This document shows positions 50,603-59,981 of a DNA stretch of 64,000 bases, in pieces. Source of the DNA: a virus (Duplodnaviria; Caudoviricetes); the IMG/VR virus record IMGVR_UViG_3300029288_000085, positions 1 through 64,000 of that record; one strand, written 5' to 3'. Position numbers and translations under genes: made by a program. Each line of letters opens with the position of its first letter. Within the stretch, counting starts at the first letter, position 1. The notes beneath the pieces were generated by a model. It was not told where the DNA came from and did no database searches. It worked only from the letters and a program-made list of their open reading frames with translations.

Positions 50603-52324
50603 TTGCAACTATCTGATAATGCTAGAGAGATAGCAGAGAAAAGATATTTTCATGAAAATGAGGATTGGGAAAAATTATCAAGACGAGTGGGTAAATATAT
50701 TTCTTTACAAGAGAAAGAGTCAACTAAATGGGAAAATATATTTGCAGAAGAAATATTTAATATGTTATTTATCCCTGGGGGAAGAATATTAAGAAACTCA
50801 GGATTACCAAAACAATCAATGCTTAATTGCGTATGTCTTTCTATTAATGATTCAATAGAAGCTATTGGGGATACAATTAAAAATGCATTAATAATGTGGT
50901 CTTATGGTGCTGGAATTGGTATTGATTTCTCTCCATTAAGAGAAAAAGGTAGACCACTTAAAAGTAAGGGTGGACATTCATCTGGAATGATGTCATTTAT
51001 AACTGCTATTGATGCAGTAGCTAGAACTATTGAAACAGGGGGTCAAAGAAGAAGTGGTCTTTTAGCAATGGTTAAGGTAGACCACCCAGAAATATTTGAA
51101 TTTATAGATGCAAAGAAGATTGATAAAAAATTACCTTATGTGAATCTATCAGTAGCAGTTGATGAGAATTTTCTACATGCAGTAGAGAATGATATGGATT
51201 GGAATTTACAATTCTCCGGTCAAGTAGTAAGAACAGTAAAAGCCAGAGAAATATGGGATAAAATATTAGAAAGTATGCTTAACTATGGAGATCCTGGTAT
51301 TATAAATACTCATAATCTTTATAGAAATAATACATTCTATTTTCAGAGAATATCATCTACTAACTTATGTGGTGAGATACCTTTACCGGCATCAGGGGCA
51401 TGTTGTTTAGGTAGTATAGTACTACCTAACTTTTTATATCCTAATTCTAAAAATACTAATTGGAAAAAGTTAGAAACATCAATAAGACATGGAGTTAGAT
51501 TTCTTGATAATGTTTTAGATGTCAATTTTTATCCAATTAAGGAAGTTGAGTTAACCGCAAAAGATAGCAGAAGATTAGGTTTAGGTGTAATGGGCCTTCA
51601 CGATTATCTTATGATGAAAGAAATAAGATACGGTAGTGAGGTATCATTATTAGAAGTAGAACGATTATTTAGATTTATACGAAATATCGCATATCAAGAA
51701 TCAATAAAAATAGCAGATGAGAAAGGTACTTTTCCAAAGTTTTCTAAAAATGAGTATTGTAATGCATCTTTCATTAGAAAACTACCTCCTAAAATAAGGA
51801 TTGATATTAAGAAGTTTGGTATTAGAAACAGTTGTATAATTGCTGCTCCACCTACAGGTACATCATCTTTATTATGTGACGTATCTTCAGGTATAGAACC
51901 TGTTTTTTCACTCTCTTATATGAGAAAGGATAGAGTTTCAGAAAGATTATATGTACACCCTAAATTGAAAGAATTGATTTTGTCTGGTCAATCAGAAAAA
52001 CCAGATTGGCTAATAGATACTTATGATTTAACTCCTACAGATCATTTGGAAATACAGACAACAATACAGAAATATTTAGACAATGCAATTTCTAAGACAG
52101 TAAATTGTCCCAAAGATATGAATAAGAATGATCTTAATGATTTGCTACTTGAGTTTTTATATGATGTAAAAGGTATTACAATTTATAGAGATGGAAGTAA
52201 GGAAGATCAAGTTCTAAATAATGTATCTTTTGACAAAATAAAGAAATATGTATTAGATGATAAATCTACCCAGAATATGTCTACTGAAGATACTAAGTGT
52301 AGTACTGGAAGTTGTGAATATTAA
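50603..52324 (+). CDS. nrdJ: Class II (B12-dependent) ribonucleotide reductase
   Basis: PGGR, NC, GIGIDFS.LR, TNLCGE, CCLGS, RRLGLG.MG, PTGT.S, C-terminal CSTGSCE. Confidence 0.88.
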   Translation: MQLSDNAREIAEKRYFHENEDWEKLSRRVGKYISLQEKESTKWENIFAEEIFNMLFIPGGRILRNSGLPKQSMLNCVCLSINDSIEAIGDTIKNALIMWSYGAGIGIDFSPLREKGRPLKSKGGHSSGMMSFITAIDAVARTIETGGQRRSGLLAMVKVDHPEIFEFIDAKKIDKKLPYVNLSVAVDENFLHAVENDMDWNLQFSGQVVRTVKAREIWDKILESMLNYGDPGIINTHNLYRNNTFYFQRISSTNLCGEIPLPASGACCLGSIVLPNFLYPNSKNTNWKKLETSIRHGVRFLDNVLDVNFYPIKEVELTAKDSRRLGLGVMGLHDYLMMKEIRYGSEVSLLEVERLFRFIRNIAYQESIKIADEKGTFPKFSKNEYCNASFIRKLPPKIRIDIKKFGIRNSCIIAAPPTGTSSLLCDVSSGIEPVFSLSYMRKDRVSERLYVHPKLKELILSGQSEKPDWLIDTYDLTPTDHLEIQTTIQKYLDNAISKTVNCPKDMNKNDLNDLLLEFLYDVKGITIYRDGSKEDQVLNNVSFDKIKKYVLDDKSTQNMSTEDTKCSTGSCEY

Positions 52325-52932
52325 AGGAATAACTATTTAAGCGGGGTTAAAATAATGAAAAAGCATTTTGTAGTTTTTTGTAGCCCTGGTACTTTTTTTG
52401 ATGAAATAACAGAAAAACCAATAGAATCATGGAATGTTAAAGAAGCTATTAAAATGTCTACAGCAATAAAAGAACGTCATGGAGCAACTCCTTTTGGATT
52501 TTATTTTATAACTAGAGAACGTGGTAAAAATGATTTAGATAGTCACATTTCTAAAACTAGTGGAACCTATTTTTTAGGTGGACAAATTCTTACTTTGAAT
52601 GAAGTAAAAGCATTAAATAATAAGGATTATAGAATCCTTATATCAAATATGGAAGGTAATGAAATAGATAGAATAATTATTAACACAAATTCATGGAAAG
52701 TTCATAAGCCTTTTATGAAAGGCGACACGTTGTTAAATGTAAATATGGAGGAGTGATAATATCAATTTGTCTAAAACAGAAAGAATTGAAAGAGATCCCT
52801 ATGCACATATTCGTAGGGAAATTCCAAAGCCAGGATTTCCTTTTGGAACTAGAAAATATTTACGGCTAAAAGAAAGATTATCAGAAAAGCAATTAATATT
52901 TGAAGGACTAGGAGATTATATAGAAGAAACGG

Positions 52933-53304
52933 ATGAAAATACTTAAACAGCCTACTAATTATACTTGTGGGCAGACATGTGTTGCAATGTTAGCTGGAAT
53001 CACAGTTGAAAAGGCTATTGAAGTAGTAGATAAAAAGGGAGACACTAGTGGTAACGATTTAATAAAAGCATTAAATAAACTGAACATTAAATGTTCAGAT
53101 AGATTAGAGAGATCAAAGGGAAAACTTCCAAAATTAGCTATTATAAAATATACTTGGAAGAATAGAATCAAAGAGGGTAGTCATTGGATTTTATGTAATA
53201 ATGGTAAATTCTATAATCCTTATTATGGAGTCTTGGATTCACCATTTACAAATGACTCTTATAATTGGCAAAAGATAGTTTCTTATATTGAGATATACAA
53301 ATGA
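52933..53304 (+). CDS. Peptidase C39-like protein
   Basis: QP..YTCGQTCVAM...HW...NP. Confidence 0.65.
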   Translation: MKILKQPTNYTCGQTCVAMLAGITVEKAIEVVDKKGDTSGNDLIKALNKLNIKCSDRLERSKGKLPKLAIIKYTWKNRIKEGSHWILCNNGKFYNPYYGVLDSPFTNDSYNWQKIVSYIEIYK

Positions 53305-54044
53305 TAATAACAACTATAGAAGCAACTACAATCCCAGATTCTTGGTTCCAATGTGTGAGTAAAGTTCAGGAAGTAGGTTTTCGATATGTGATCCAACAAG
53401 GTTCTTTTGTTGGGCAAACCAGACTTGAATTTGATTGGATAACTATTTGCATTAGTCATCCATATTCGGAACCTTATGACACTATGCTTCCAGAAATTCC
53501 TCAACATCTTGGTATTCCTAACCCAGTAGCGAAGGGATATATAGAACAGTATCTTCCATATATTATGACAGATCTAAAAAAGAAAAGTGAAGATTATACC
53601 TATGGAGAAAGATTAACAAGAGCACCTATGTCTACAAAGATAATTGCTGGCTCAAGTATAACAAAGATATCTTCTCATGAAGAATTATGGAGACTTACTA
53701 GAGTTGATCAGATTGAACATTTTATTGAAGTTTTGAAGAATACACCAAATACAAATCAAGCTATTCTCCAAATTGGGCAACCATCAGATTGTGGATTAGA
53801 TGATCCTCCATGTCTTAGACATATTGATATGAGAGTAAAGGATAAAATGCTCATTTTCTATCCTTACTTCCGTTCATGGGATTTATGGTCAGGGATGGCT
53901 CCAAATTTAGCAGCTATTGCTATTCTTCAGAAATATATGGCAGATGAAATCGGAGTTGCAAGTGGGGAAATAATTGCTAGTAGCAAAGGTCTTCATTTGT
54001 ATGGTTATGTAGAACAATTAGCAAAGTTGAGATGTGGGAAATGA
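53301..54044 (+). CDS. Thymidylate synthase-family enzyme (archaeal-like ThyA or dUMP hydroxymethylase)
   Basis: YTYGER, PPCL, FRSWD...N, SKGLHLY. Confidence 0.85.
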   Translation: MIITTIEATTIPDSWFQCVSKVQEVGFRYVIQQGSFVGQTRLEFDWITICISHPYSEPYDTMLPEIPQHLGIPNPVAKGYIEQYLPYIMTDLKKKSEDYTYGERLTRAPMSTKIIAGSSITKISSHEELWRLTRVDQIEHFIEVLKNTPNTNQAILQIGQPSDCGLDDPPCLRHIDMRVKDKMLIFYPYFRSWDLWSGMAPNLAAIAILQKYMADEIGVASGEIIASSKGLHLYGYVEQLAKLRCGK

Positions 54045-54234
54045 AAATGGTAGAAATACAGTTTGAGGGAAAAAATGAAGATAAAGCTACACAGGAATTC
54101 CTCAATTGGTTGAAAATAGAAGATAGTATTTTAGAGTATTTTGCAAGTAAAAACTTACATGTAGACTACATACATTATTGTAATAGTAATATAATCTTTT
54201 ATTTAAGATAGTATAAATAGGATGTGAATTATGA

Positions 54235-54969
54235 ATGTATAAAATTCTTATTTTCTTGGTTTCATTTTTATTTATTTTTGGTGCATGTGCAACCTTTAAC
54301 ACCCAAAAAGGAATTCCTGGTACAACACACAATGTTAAAATAACAGTTGAGTCAGCTAATGATAGTAATGTAAATATTGAAAAAGATAAGATAGTTAAGA
54401 CACAACAAATTCCATATAGTGAACCTGAGTTTAAACCACCTACATTCCAGTTAGGTGATACTGTTTATATTCCAATTTGGAGTGGAATTGATACAAATGA
54501 TACATTATCTTTATGGAATACAATTAACATAGCAAAGTATAAGAAATTAACAAAATTGTATATTTATATAAATTCAGGTGGTGGATCAGTATTTGCCGGA
54601 TTAGGACTTTCGGATGTATTACTTGCAGCAAAGAAAGATGGATTTGAAATTACAACAGAGGCAAACGGTATAGTAGCAAGTGCAGCAGTTACAGTATTTA
54701 TAGTAGGAGATAAAGGAAAAAGAATTGCAACAAAAGGTACAGTATTTATGCTTCATAGAGGAAAGATGTTTAAACTCTTTTCTGAAGAAACAAAAGATGA
54801 TCTTAGAGCACAGCAAGAAATGTTTGCAATTGTTGATGCTAGATATAATAAACTAATTTCAGATAGTTCCAATCTTTCAGAACAAGAAGTAGAAAATAAA
54901 TGTAATTATACAACATGGTTCACAGCAGATGAAGCTCTTGAATGGGGATTAGTTGACATAGTAAAATAA
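54235..54969 (+). CDS. ClpP-family protease with lipoprotein signal
   Basis: FGAC lipobox; YINSGGGSV, ASAA (Ser), MLH (His), WFTADEALEWGLVD. Confidence 0.8.
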   Translation: MYKILIFLVSFLFIFGACATFNTQKGIPGTTHNVKITVESANDSNVNIEKDKIVKTQQIPYSEPEFKPPTFQLGDTVYIPIWSGIDTNDTLSLWNTINIAKYKKLTKLYIYINSGGGSVFAGLGLSDVLLAAKKDGFEITTEANGIVASAAVTVFIVGDKGKRIATKGTVFMLHRGKMFKLFSEETKDDLRAQQEMFAIVDARYNKLISDSSNLSEQEVENKCNYTTWFTADEALEWGLVDIVK

Positions 54970-54994
54970 CTAGAAAGGAGGTAATGTGAAGATT

Positions 54995-55060
54995 ATGGGA
55001 AAGAAAGACAAGGGAAAAGATACTAAGAAACAAACCAAGCAAACAAAGAAAGGTAAGTAA
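54995..55060 (+). CDS. 21-aa Lys-rich peptide MGKKDKGKDTKKQTKQTKKGK
   Basis: AAGGAGGT upstream; followed by a terminator-like hairpin. Confidence 0.45.
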   Translation: MGKKDKGKDTKKQTKQTKKGK

Positions 55061-55072
55061 TTAGTGTAAATA

Positions 55073-55100
55073 GCCCCACTAACAAGTGGGGCAATATTTT
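55073..55100 (+). terminator. Rho-independent terminator-like hairpin
   Basis: GCCCCACT-AACA-AGTGGGGC-AATATTTT. Confidence 0.6.
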
Positions 55101-55112
55101 ACGAGGTAAAAA

Positions 55113-55961
55113 ATGCTTTGTATTTATCATAATGATCTAGATGGAAAATGTGCTGCTGCAATAGTAAACTATAAATATCCTGACTGCAAAATGTTAGAAA
55201 TGGATTACAAGAATGATTATAATCTAGAGGAAATTGCTAAGGAAGATAAGATTTTTATTCTTGACTTTGCTTTACAGCCACTTAATCAAATGCTTAAGTT
55301 ATGGGAAATAAATAAGAATGTTGTTTGGATAGATCATCATAAATCAAATATAGACTTTTGCACGATTAACACTATCGTTAATAATATTAATGGAATACGT
55401 GAGATTGGCAAATCAGGTTGTGAATTAACGTGGGAGTATCTCTTCCCAGAACGGAAAATTCCTCTAACTGTTAAATTACTAGGAAGGTATGATGTATATG
55501 ATTTTACTGATGATAGAACTTTGCCATTCCAATATGGAATGAGATTACTTGACACAAAACCAAATAGTGAAGAGTGGAAAGTTCATTTTCATAAGTATAT
55601 AGATCTTACTGTAGAAAAATATATTGAGTATATTCAGAGTATAGTTGATGAAGGTAATATAGTACTAAAATACATATCTGAAGAAGATGAACTATATTGT
55701 AAACAATATGCCTTTCCTATGACATTTGAAGGATATAATTGTGTCGTTCTTAATAGAGGATTATCAAATGTTAAGGTATTTGACTCAAGGTCAAAAGATT
55801 ATCAGATAATGATTGCATATGTATTTGATGGTAGAAAATATGCTGTTTCTTTGTATACAATTGATACTACAATTGATGTGTCAGCAATAGCAAAGAAGTA
55901 TAAGGGTGGTGGTCATAAGTCGGCTGCGGGATTTGTGACAGAAAAGTTGCCTTGGGGATAA
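55113..55961 (+). CDS. DHH/DHHA1 phosphoesterase
   Basis: YH.DLDG, LDF, IDHH, GGGH.SAAGF. Confidence 0.88.
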   Translation: MLCIYHNDLDGKCAAAIVNYKYPDCKMLEMDYKNDYNLEEIAKEDKIFILDFALQPLNQMLKLWEINKNVVWIDHHKSNIDFCTINTIVNNINGIREIGKSGCELTWEYLFPERKIPLTVKLLGRYDVYDFTDDRTLPFQYGMRLLDTKPNSEEWKVHFHKYIDLTVEKYIEYIQSIVDEGNIVLKYISEEDELYCKQYAFPMTFEGYNCVVLNRGLSNVKVFDSRSKDYQIMIAYVFDGRKYAVSLYTIDTTIDVSAIAKKYKGGGHKSAAGFVTEKLPWG

Positions 55962-55966
55962 AATAT

Positions 55967-56038
55967 GCGGGGATAGACTTAACGTAAAGGACTTGCTTTC
56001 CAAGCAGGAGGTTGATAGCTCGTTGCTATCTCCCCGCT
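55967..56038 (+). tRNA. Atypical tRNA-Gly(TCC), CCA not encoded
   Basis: GCGGGGA/TCCCCGC + U73; CTTGC-TTTCCAA-GCAGG; T stem GATAG/CTATC but loop CTCGTTG; D loop lacks GG. Confidence 0.75.
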
Positions 56039-56382
56039 TACAATATTAAAAAATATGGTTACTTTAAATAAAAAAGACACAAAATTATTCTTAAAGAAAG
56101 TTGAGGAAGGTCTTAAGCATCCTACAGCACCAGTCCCAACTCCAAAATTAGATGGTATATTGAAGAAAATTAAAGAAGATTATTCTAATAAATTAACAGA
56201 CAAACTTGTAAACAAACTAATAAAAAATTTAACTATCACTTCTAATTTTCTAAAGGAACATGTTACATTAGAGAATTATAGATATTCTTTTGAGAAAGCA
56301 GAGATAATTGATATGATTATAGAAGCACTTAAGAAATCTTTAAAAGAAGCTGAGGAGGAAAATAGGGAGGATGATAATATAA

Positions 56383-57087
56383 TTGTCAGGAGCACCAGTA
56401 CATCGACTAAACAAGAAAGAGATTATATGGCTTGCAAATCATAAATGCAAACATTCAATGTCTTATTTAGAACACTTTCGATGTTACGAAACAGAAGTAT
56501 TAAAAGGAAGAAAATATGAAGCAGGTAAGGATAAATTACCAATTGATCAGAAAGTCGGTTATTTTGATATAGAGGCATCTAATTTAACCAGTTCATTCGG
56601 AATAATTTTATGCTATTGCATCAAAGATGCAGATAGTGATATTATTTATAGTGATTGTGTTACAAAAGAGGATTTACAAACTGATTTGGATAAAAATGTA
56701 GTAAAATCATGTATAGAAGATCTAAAACGGTTTGATCGAGTTATAGGGTATTATAGTACTAAATTTGACATTCCGTATACTCGAAGTAGGGCAGTAGTCC
56801 ATAATTTACCTTTTGGGGTATTTGGTTCATTATTACATACAGATTGTTATTATATTGTTAAGCACAAATTCAAACTGCATTCTAATCGCTTAGAAACGGC
56901 ATATGAAACATTAGTAGGACCAAGCTATAAGACTCCTATTAAACCTGCAATATGGATAAAAGCATTACAAGGTGATAAAGACAGTTTAAATTTTATAGTT
57001 GATCATTGTCAAAGAGATGTTCACATGCTTCAAGAACTTTATGAGAAGATCTCTGATTTTTCAAGAAGGAAAGATACAAGTATTTAG
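56383..57087 (+). CDS. RNase H-like (DnaQ/RNase_H_2) exonuclease
   Basis: FDIE, YYSTKFDIPY, HCQRDV. Confidence 0.8.
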   Translation: MSGAPVHRLNKKEIIWLANHKCKHSMSYLEHFRCYETEVLKGRKYEAGKDKLPIDQKVGYFDIEASNLTSSFGIILCYCIKDADSDIIYSDCVTKEDLQTDLDKNVVKSCIEDLKRFDRVIGYYSTKFDIPYTRSRAVVHNLPFGVFGSLLHTDCYYIVKHKFKLHSNRLETAYETLVGPSYKTPIKPAIWIKALQGDKDSLNFIVDHCQRDVHMLQELYEKISDFSRRKDTSI

Positions 57088-57963
57088 ATGAAATTATGTT
57101 GGGATAATCTTGCGAAGTTGAGATTCAATAATAAAACTGGTTGTTGGTATAACGAGCATAGGAATAAATATGAATTGGTAGATTCCTGCAAAACTTGTGG
57201 TGAGGAATTTTTAGCTTCATCGTATGGTTTTAAACTTTTCTGTGAGAGAAAGTGCCAACCAAGTAATCAAAAAGGTAGACACCACTCTGAAGAAACTAAA
57301 AATAGATTACGAAAAGTCTTAAAGGATAGAATATTTTCTGAGGAAACACGTAGAAAACTTAGTGAAGCTAATAAAGGAAAAAAGCATTCTGCATTTACAA
57401 AAGCAAAATTACGAGAAATAAATTTAGGTTCCAACTCTCCAGCTTGGAAGGGTGGAGTAAATGAAAAAGATGTTCCAATTTATGATACTTATTCTCATAA
57501 AATAAGTTGGTGTGAAGAAGTAAAGAGAGATTCAAAAGATGAAAGATTACTACAAGTTAAATGCACTTACTGTGGAAAATGGTATACACCCACTAGAACA
57601 AGTGTAAGATCTAGAATAAGAGCAATAAATGGAGATTTAAGTGGTGAACATCATTTTTATTGTTCAAGTGAATGCAAGAATCTCTGTCCAATCTATAGAC
57701 AGAGAGATTATTATAAATTTCAAACAGAAGATCTTACTAGAGAAGTTCAAGCAGAACTAAGACAGTTAGTTTTTGCCAGAGATAATTGGACTTGTACTAA
57801 ATGTAGTAGGAAAGATTCTTTACATTGTCATCATATTGAAGGAATAAAATGGGAACCATTAGAAAGTGCAGATATAGATAAATGTAAAACTGTGTGTGAA
57901 GAATGCCATATTCAAATTCATAAAATTGAAGGGTGCACATATTATGATATGAGGTGTAATTAA
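57088..57963 (+). mobile_element. NUMOD3 + HNH homing endonuclease
   Basis: HSEETK/SEETRRKLS/GKKHS repeats; VFARD.WTC.KC...LHCHHI...CEECH...H. Confidence 0.8.
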
Positions 57964-58816
57964 TTTGGTCCAACTTATTCCAGATAGTACATATAAAGTT
58001 AACGAATGTATTTTTTATAAGGCAAAAAGATGCTTACTTACTCATGGGGTTATCTTTGGGAACAAAAAAATGAGATCAACTTGCAAACCTATAGCTACTT
58101 GTTCTTATGGAGTAGATATAAACAACTTTTTTAATAGTATAAAAACAAGTTTTCAAATTGATCCAAATGAAGAGTTTATGGCAAATCCTCCATCAAAAAA
58201 AGACATGGAGGAGTTCATTTATACGATTGCTGAATCAAGTATGAAAAACCAAGAAAAAGAGAGTAATGAGCAAAAATGACCGATGTAATGATTTTCAAGA
58301 CATCTAATTCTAGGCATATTGGTTCTTATAAAAGTTTTCAACATGCAATCGAGATATTGGGAGTTAAGAAAGATCCAGTCAACCTATTAATAGATACCAT
58401 TCAAGTAATGAAAAGTAATCTAGTACTTTCTCCTAACATTACTTTGCTATTTATATCAGAGGGTGCAATTGATGGTAATGGATATATACTTTATCTAGAT
58501 TCACCAAATCAAATAGTAAAACCTGAAGATAAAGAAGTATTTATTGGTAATATAGGGGTAATATACAATGAAAGAGAAGACTAAGATTGGAAAAGTTGAA
58601 GTAACTGTTCAAACTGAAGACAGATTGAAGGCAATAACTAATTTAGCTATTGCTGTTCGTTGCCTAGCAGAAGCATTGAATAATCCAGTTCATATTGAAG
58701 TTAAGGATTGCACACTAAAGGCTAATGACATTGCTATGTTAATAAAAACAAATCCTAATATTTCCAGAACAGAAATAAAGGAAATTATTGGATAAAGAAA
58801 CTAGCTAGGAGAAATC

Positions 58817-59404
58817 CTAGCTAGTTTTATTTGACTTTTTGTTATTTTCCGTTGCTAGAAGTTGTGACTTTATTGCACTCCCCCTAGAACTTCCGAAGAA
58901 ATAACCTAATACTGTAGAGAAACCAGATACTAAACCACCAAAAAGCATAAATACCACTTCATTCTGACCAAGAGGAATTGCATGAAAAATTAATGTTCCT
59001 GTTAAAGCAAAGAATCCTGTTACTATAACCCATGCAAGCACATATAGGTTTGTATCTTTTTGCCCTGTTGCCTTTACTACTTCAGTTTCTCTCTGTCTCG
59101 CATTAGCAGTATCTTGTAATTCAGCAGACTCTATCTGTATCTCTAATTTCTGTTGCTCAAGTATTATCTTCTGTAATTCTATTTTATAATTTGCATCTAT
59201 TTCAGCAAGTTTGACAGCAGCATTAGGGTCTGTCATTAATAGTGAATTTATCTTATCTGGCGTAGTCTCTTCTGGAGTTAGTCCAAACTGACTAGCGAGA
59301 ATTGAGACTAGACCTCCTATTGCACCACCTAAAGGGCCTGCTAGCGCCGTACCAAGGATGGGGGCAGCTTTTGCTACTGAACTTGCTACATCTTGCCATT
59401 GCAT
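58817..59404 (-). CDS. Holin-like membrane protein
   Basis: APILGTALAGPLGG; two C-terminal TM segments, YFFGSS; adjacent to the endolysin. Confidence 0.7.
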   Translation of the reverse strand: MQWQDVASSVAKAAPILGTALAGPLGGAIGGLVSILASQFGLTPEETTPDKINSLLMTDPNAAVKLAEIDANYKIELQKIILEQQKLEIQIESAELQDTANARQRETEVVKATGQKDTNLYVLAWVIVTGFFALTGTLIFHAIPLGQNEVVFMLFGGLVSGFSTVLGYFFGSSRGSAIKSQLLATENNKKSNKTS

Positions 59405-59407
59405 GTT

Positions 59408-59914
59408 TTATACTCTCCTTAACCAACCCCTATAGAATACTTCTTGTGAAGTATCTTCGTGAAGACGTTTATGGTAATGCTCACCTTGGCATACATTCAA
59501 ATGCTTCACTATTGCGTCTGGGTATGGATGACTGTTTACTGCTTTTATAGTCTTTGGTCCAATAAGACCATCAACCTTAAGCTGATCTTCTTTTTCCTTA
59601 TCTAAATGATTTATTGCATCTTGAAGAAACATTCCTGCTCTAGTCCAATGCATATTCACAGCAATATCAAGCATTTCCTCTGCAATTTGTTGATTGTCAA
59701 TTAAGTCACCTTGAAACTTATTCCAATAATCTCTTTTATATATTTCTAATGCACGTTCTTTTGTCACGTTAGGTATATCTTCTTCTGGGTAATATTTTTT
59801 AGCAATCCCCCATTTAGTTTCTCCACCATAATCATTTGAATCATTAGAATATTTACCTTCTATATCTAATACTTTTTCTGCTGCTTGAATGAAATTTGCC
59901 ATTATTTTTACCAC
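59408..59914 (-). CDS. Endolysin, glycoside hydrolase family 108
   Basis: EG.YSND..D.GGETKWGI, Y..DYW, D.AVN, DG.IGPKT, F.RGWL.RV. Confidence 0.88.
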   Translation of the reverse strand: MVKIMANFIQAAEKVLDIEGKYSNDSNDYGGETKWGIAKKYYPEEDIPNVTKERALEIYKRDYWNKFQGDLIDNQQIAEEMLDIAVNMHWTRAGMFLQDAINHLDKEKEDQLKVDGLIGPKTIKAVNSHPYPDAIVKHLNVCQGEHYHKRLHEDTSQEVFYRGWLRRV

Positions 59915-59981
59915 TTTCTAAATAAAATAACACTTCCTTTTATAAAATTTTTTGCTGAGTAATACGTATATATAATATCTA

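Noticed and set aside
854-55555. Numerous short minus-strand ORFs in the track (e.g. 854-1132, 31256-31687, 40067-40582)
   Set aside because: Antisense shadows of well-supported + strand genes, with no recognisable motifs; only the HNH at 44644-45195 is accepted.
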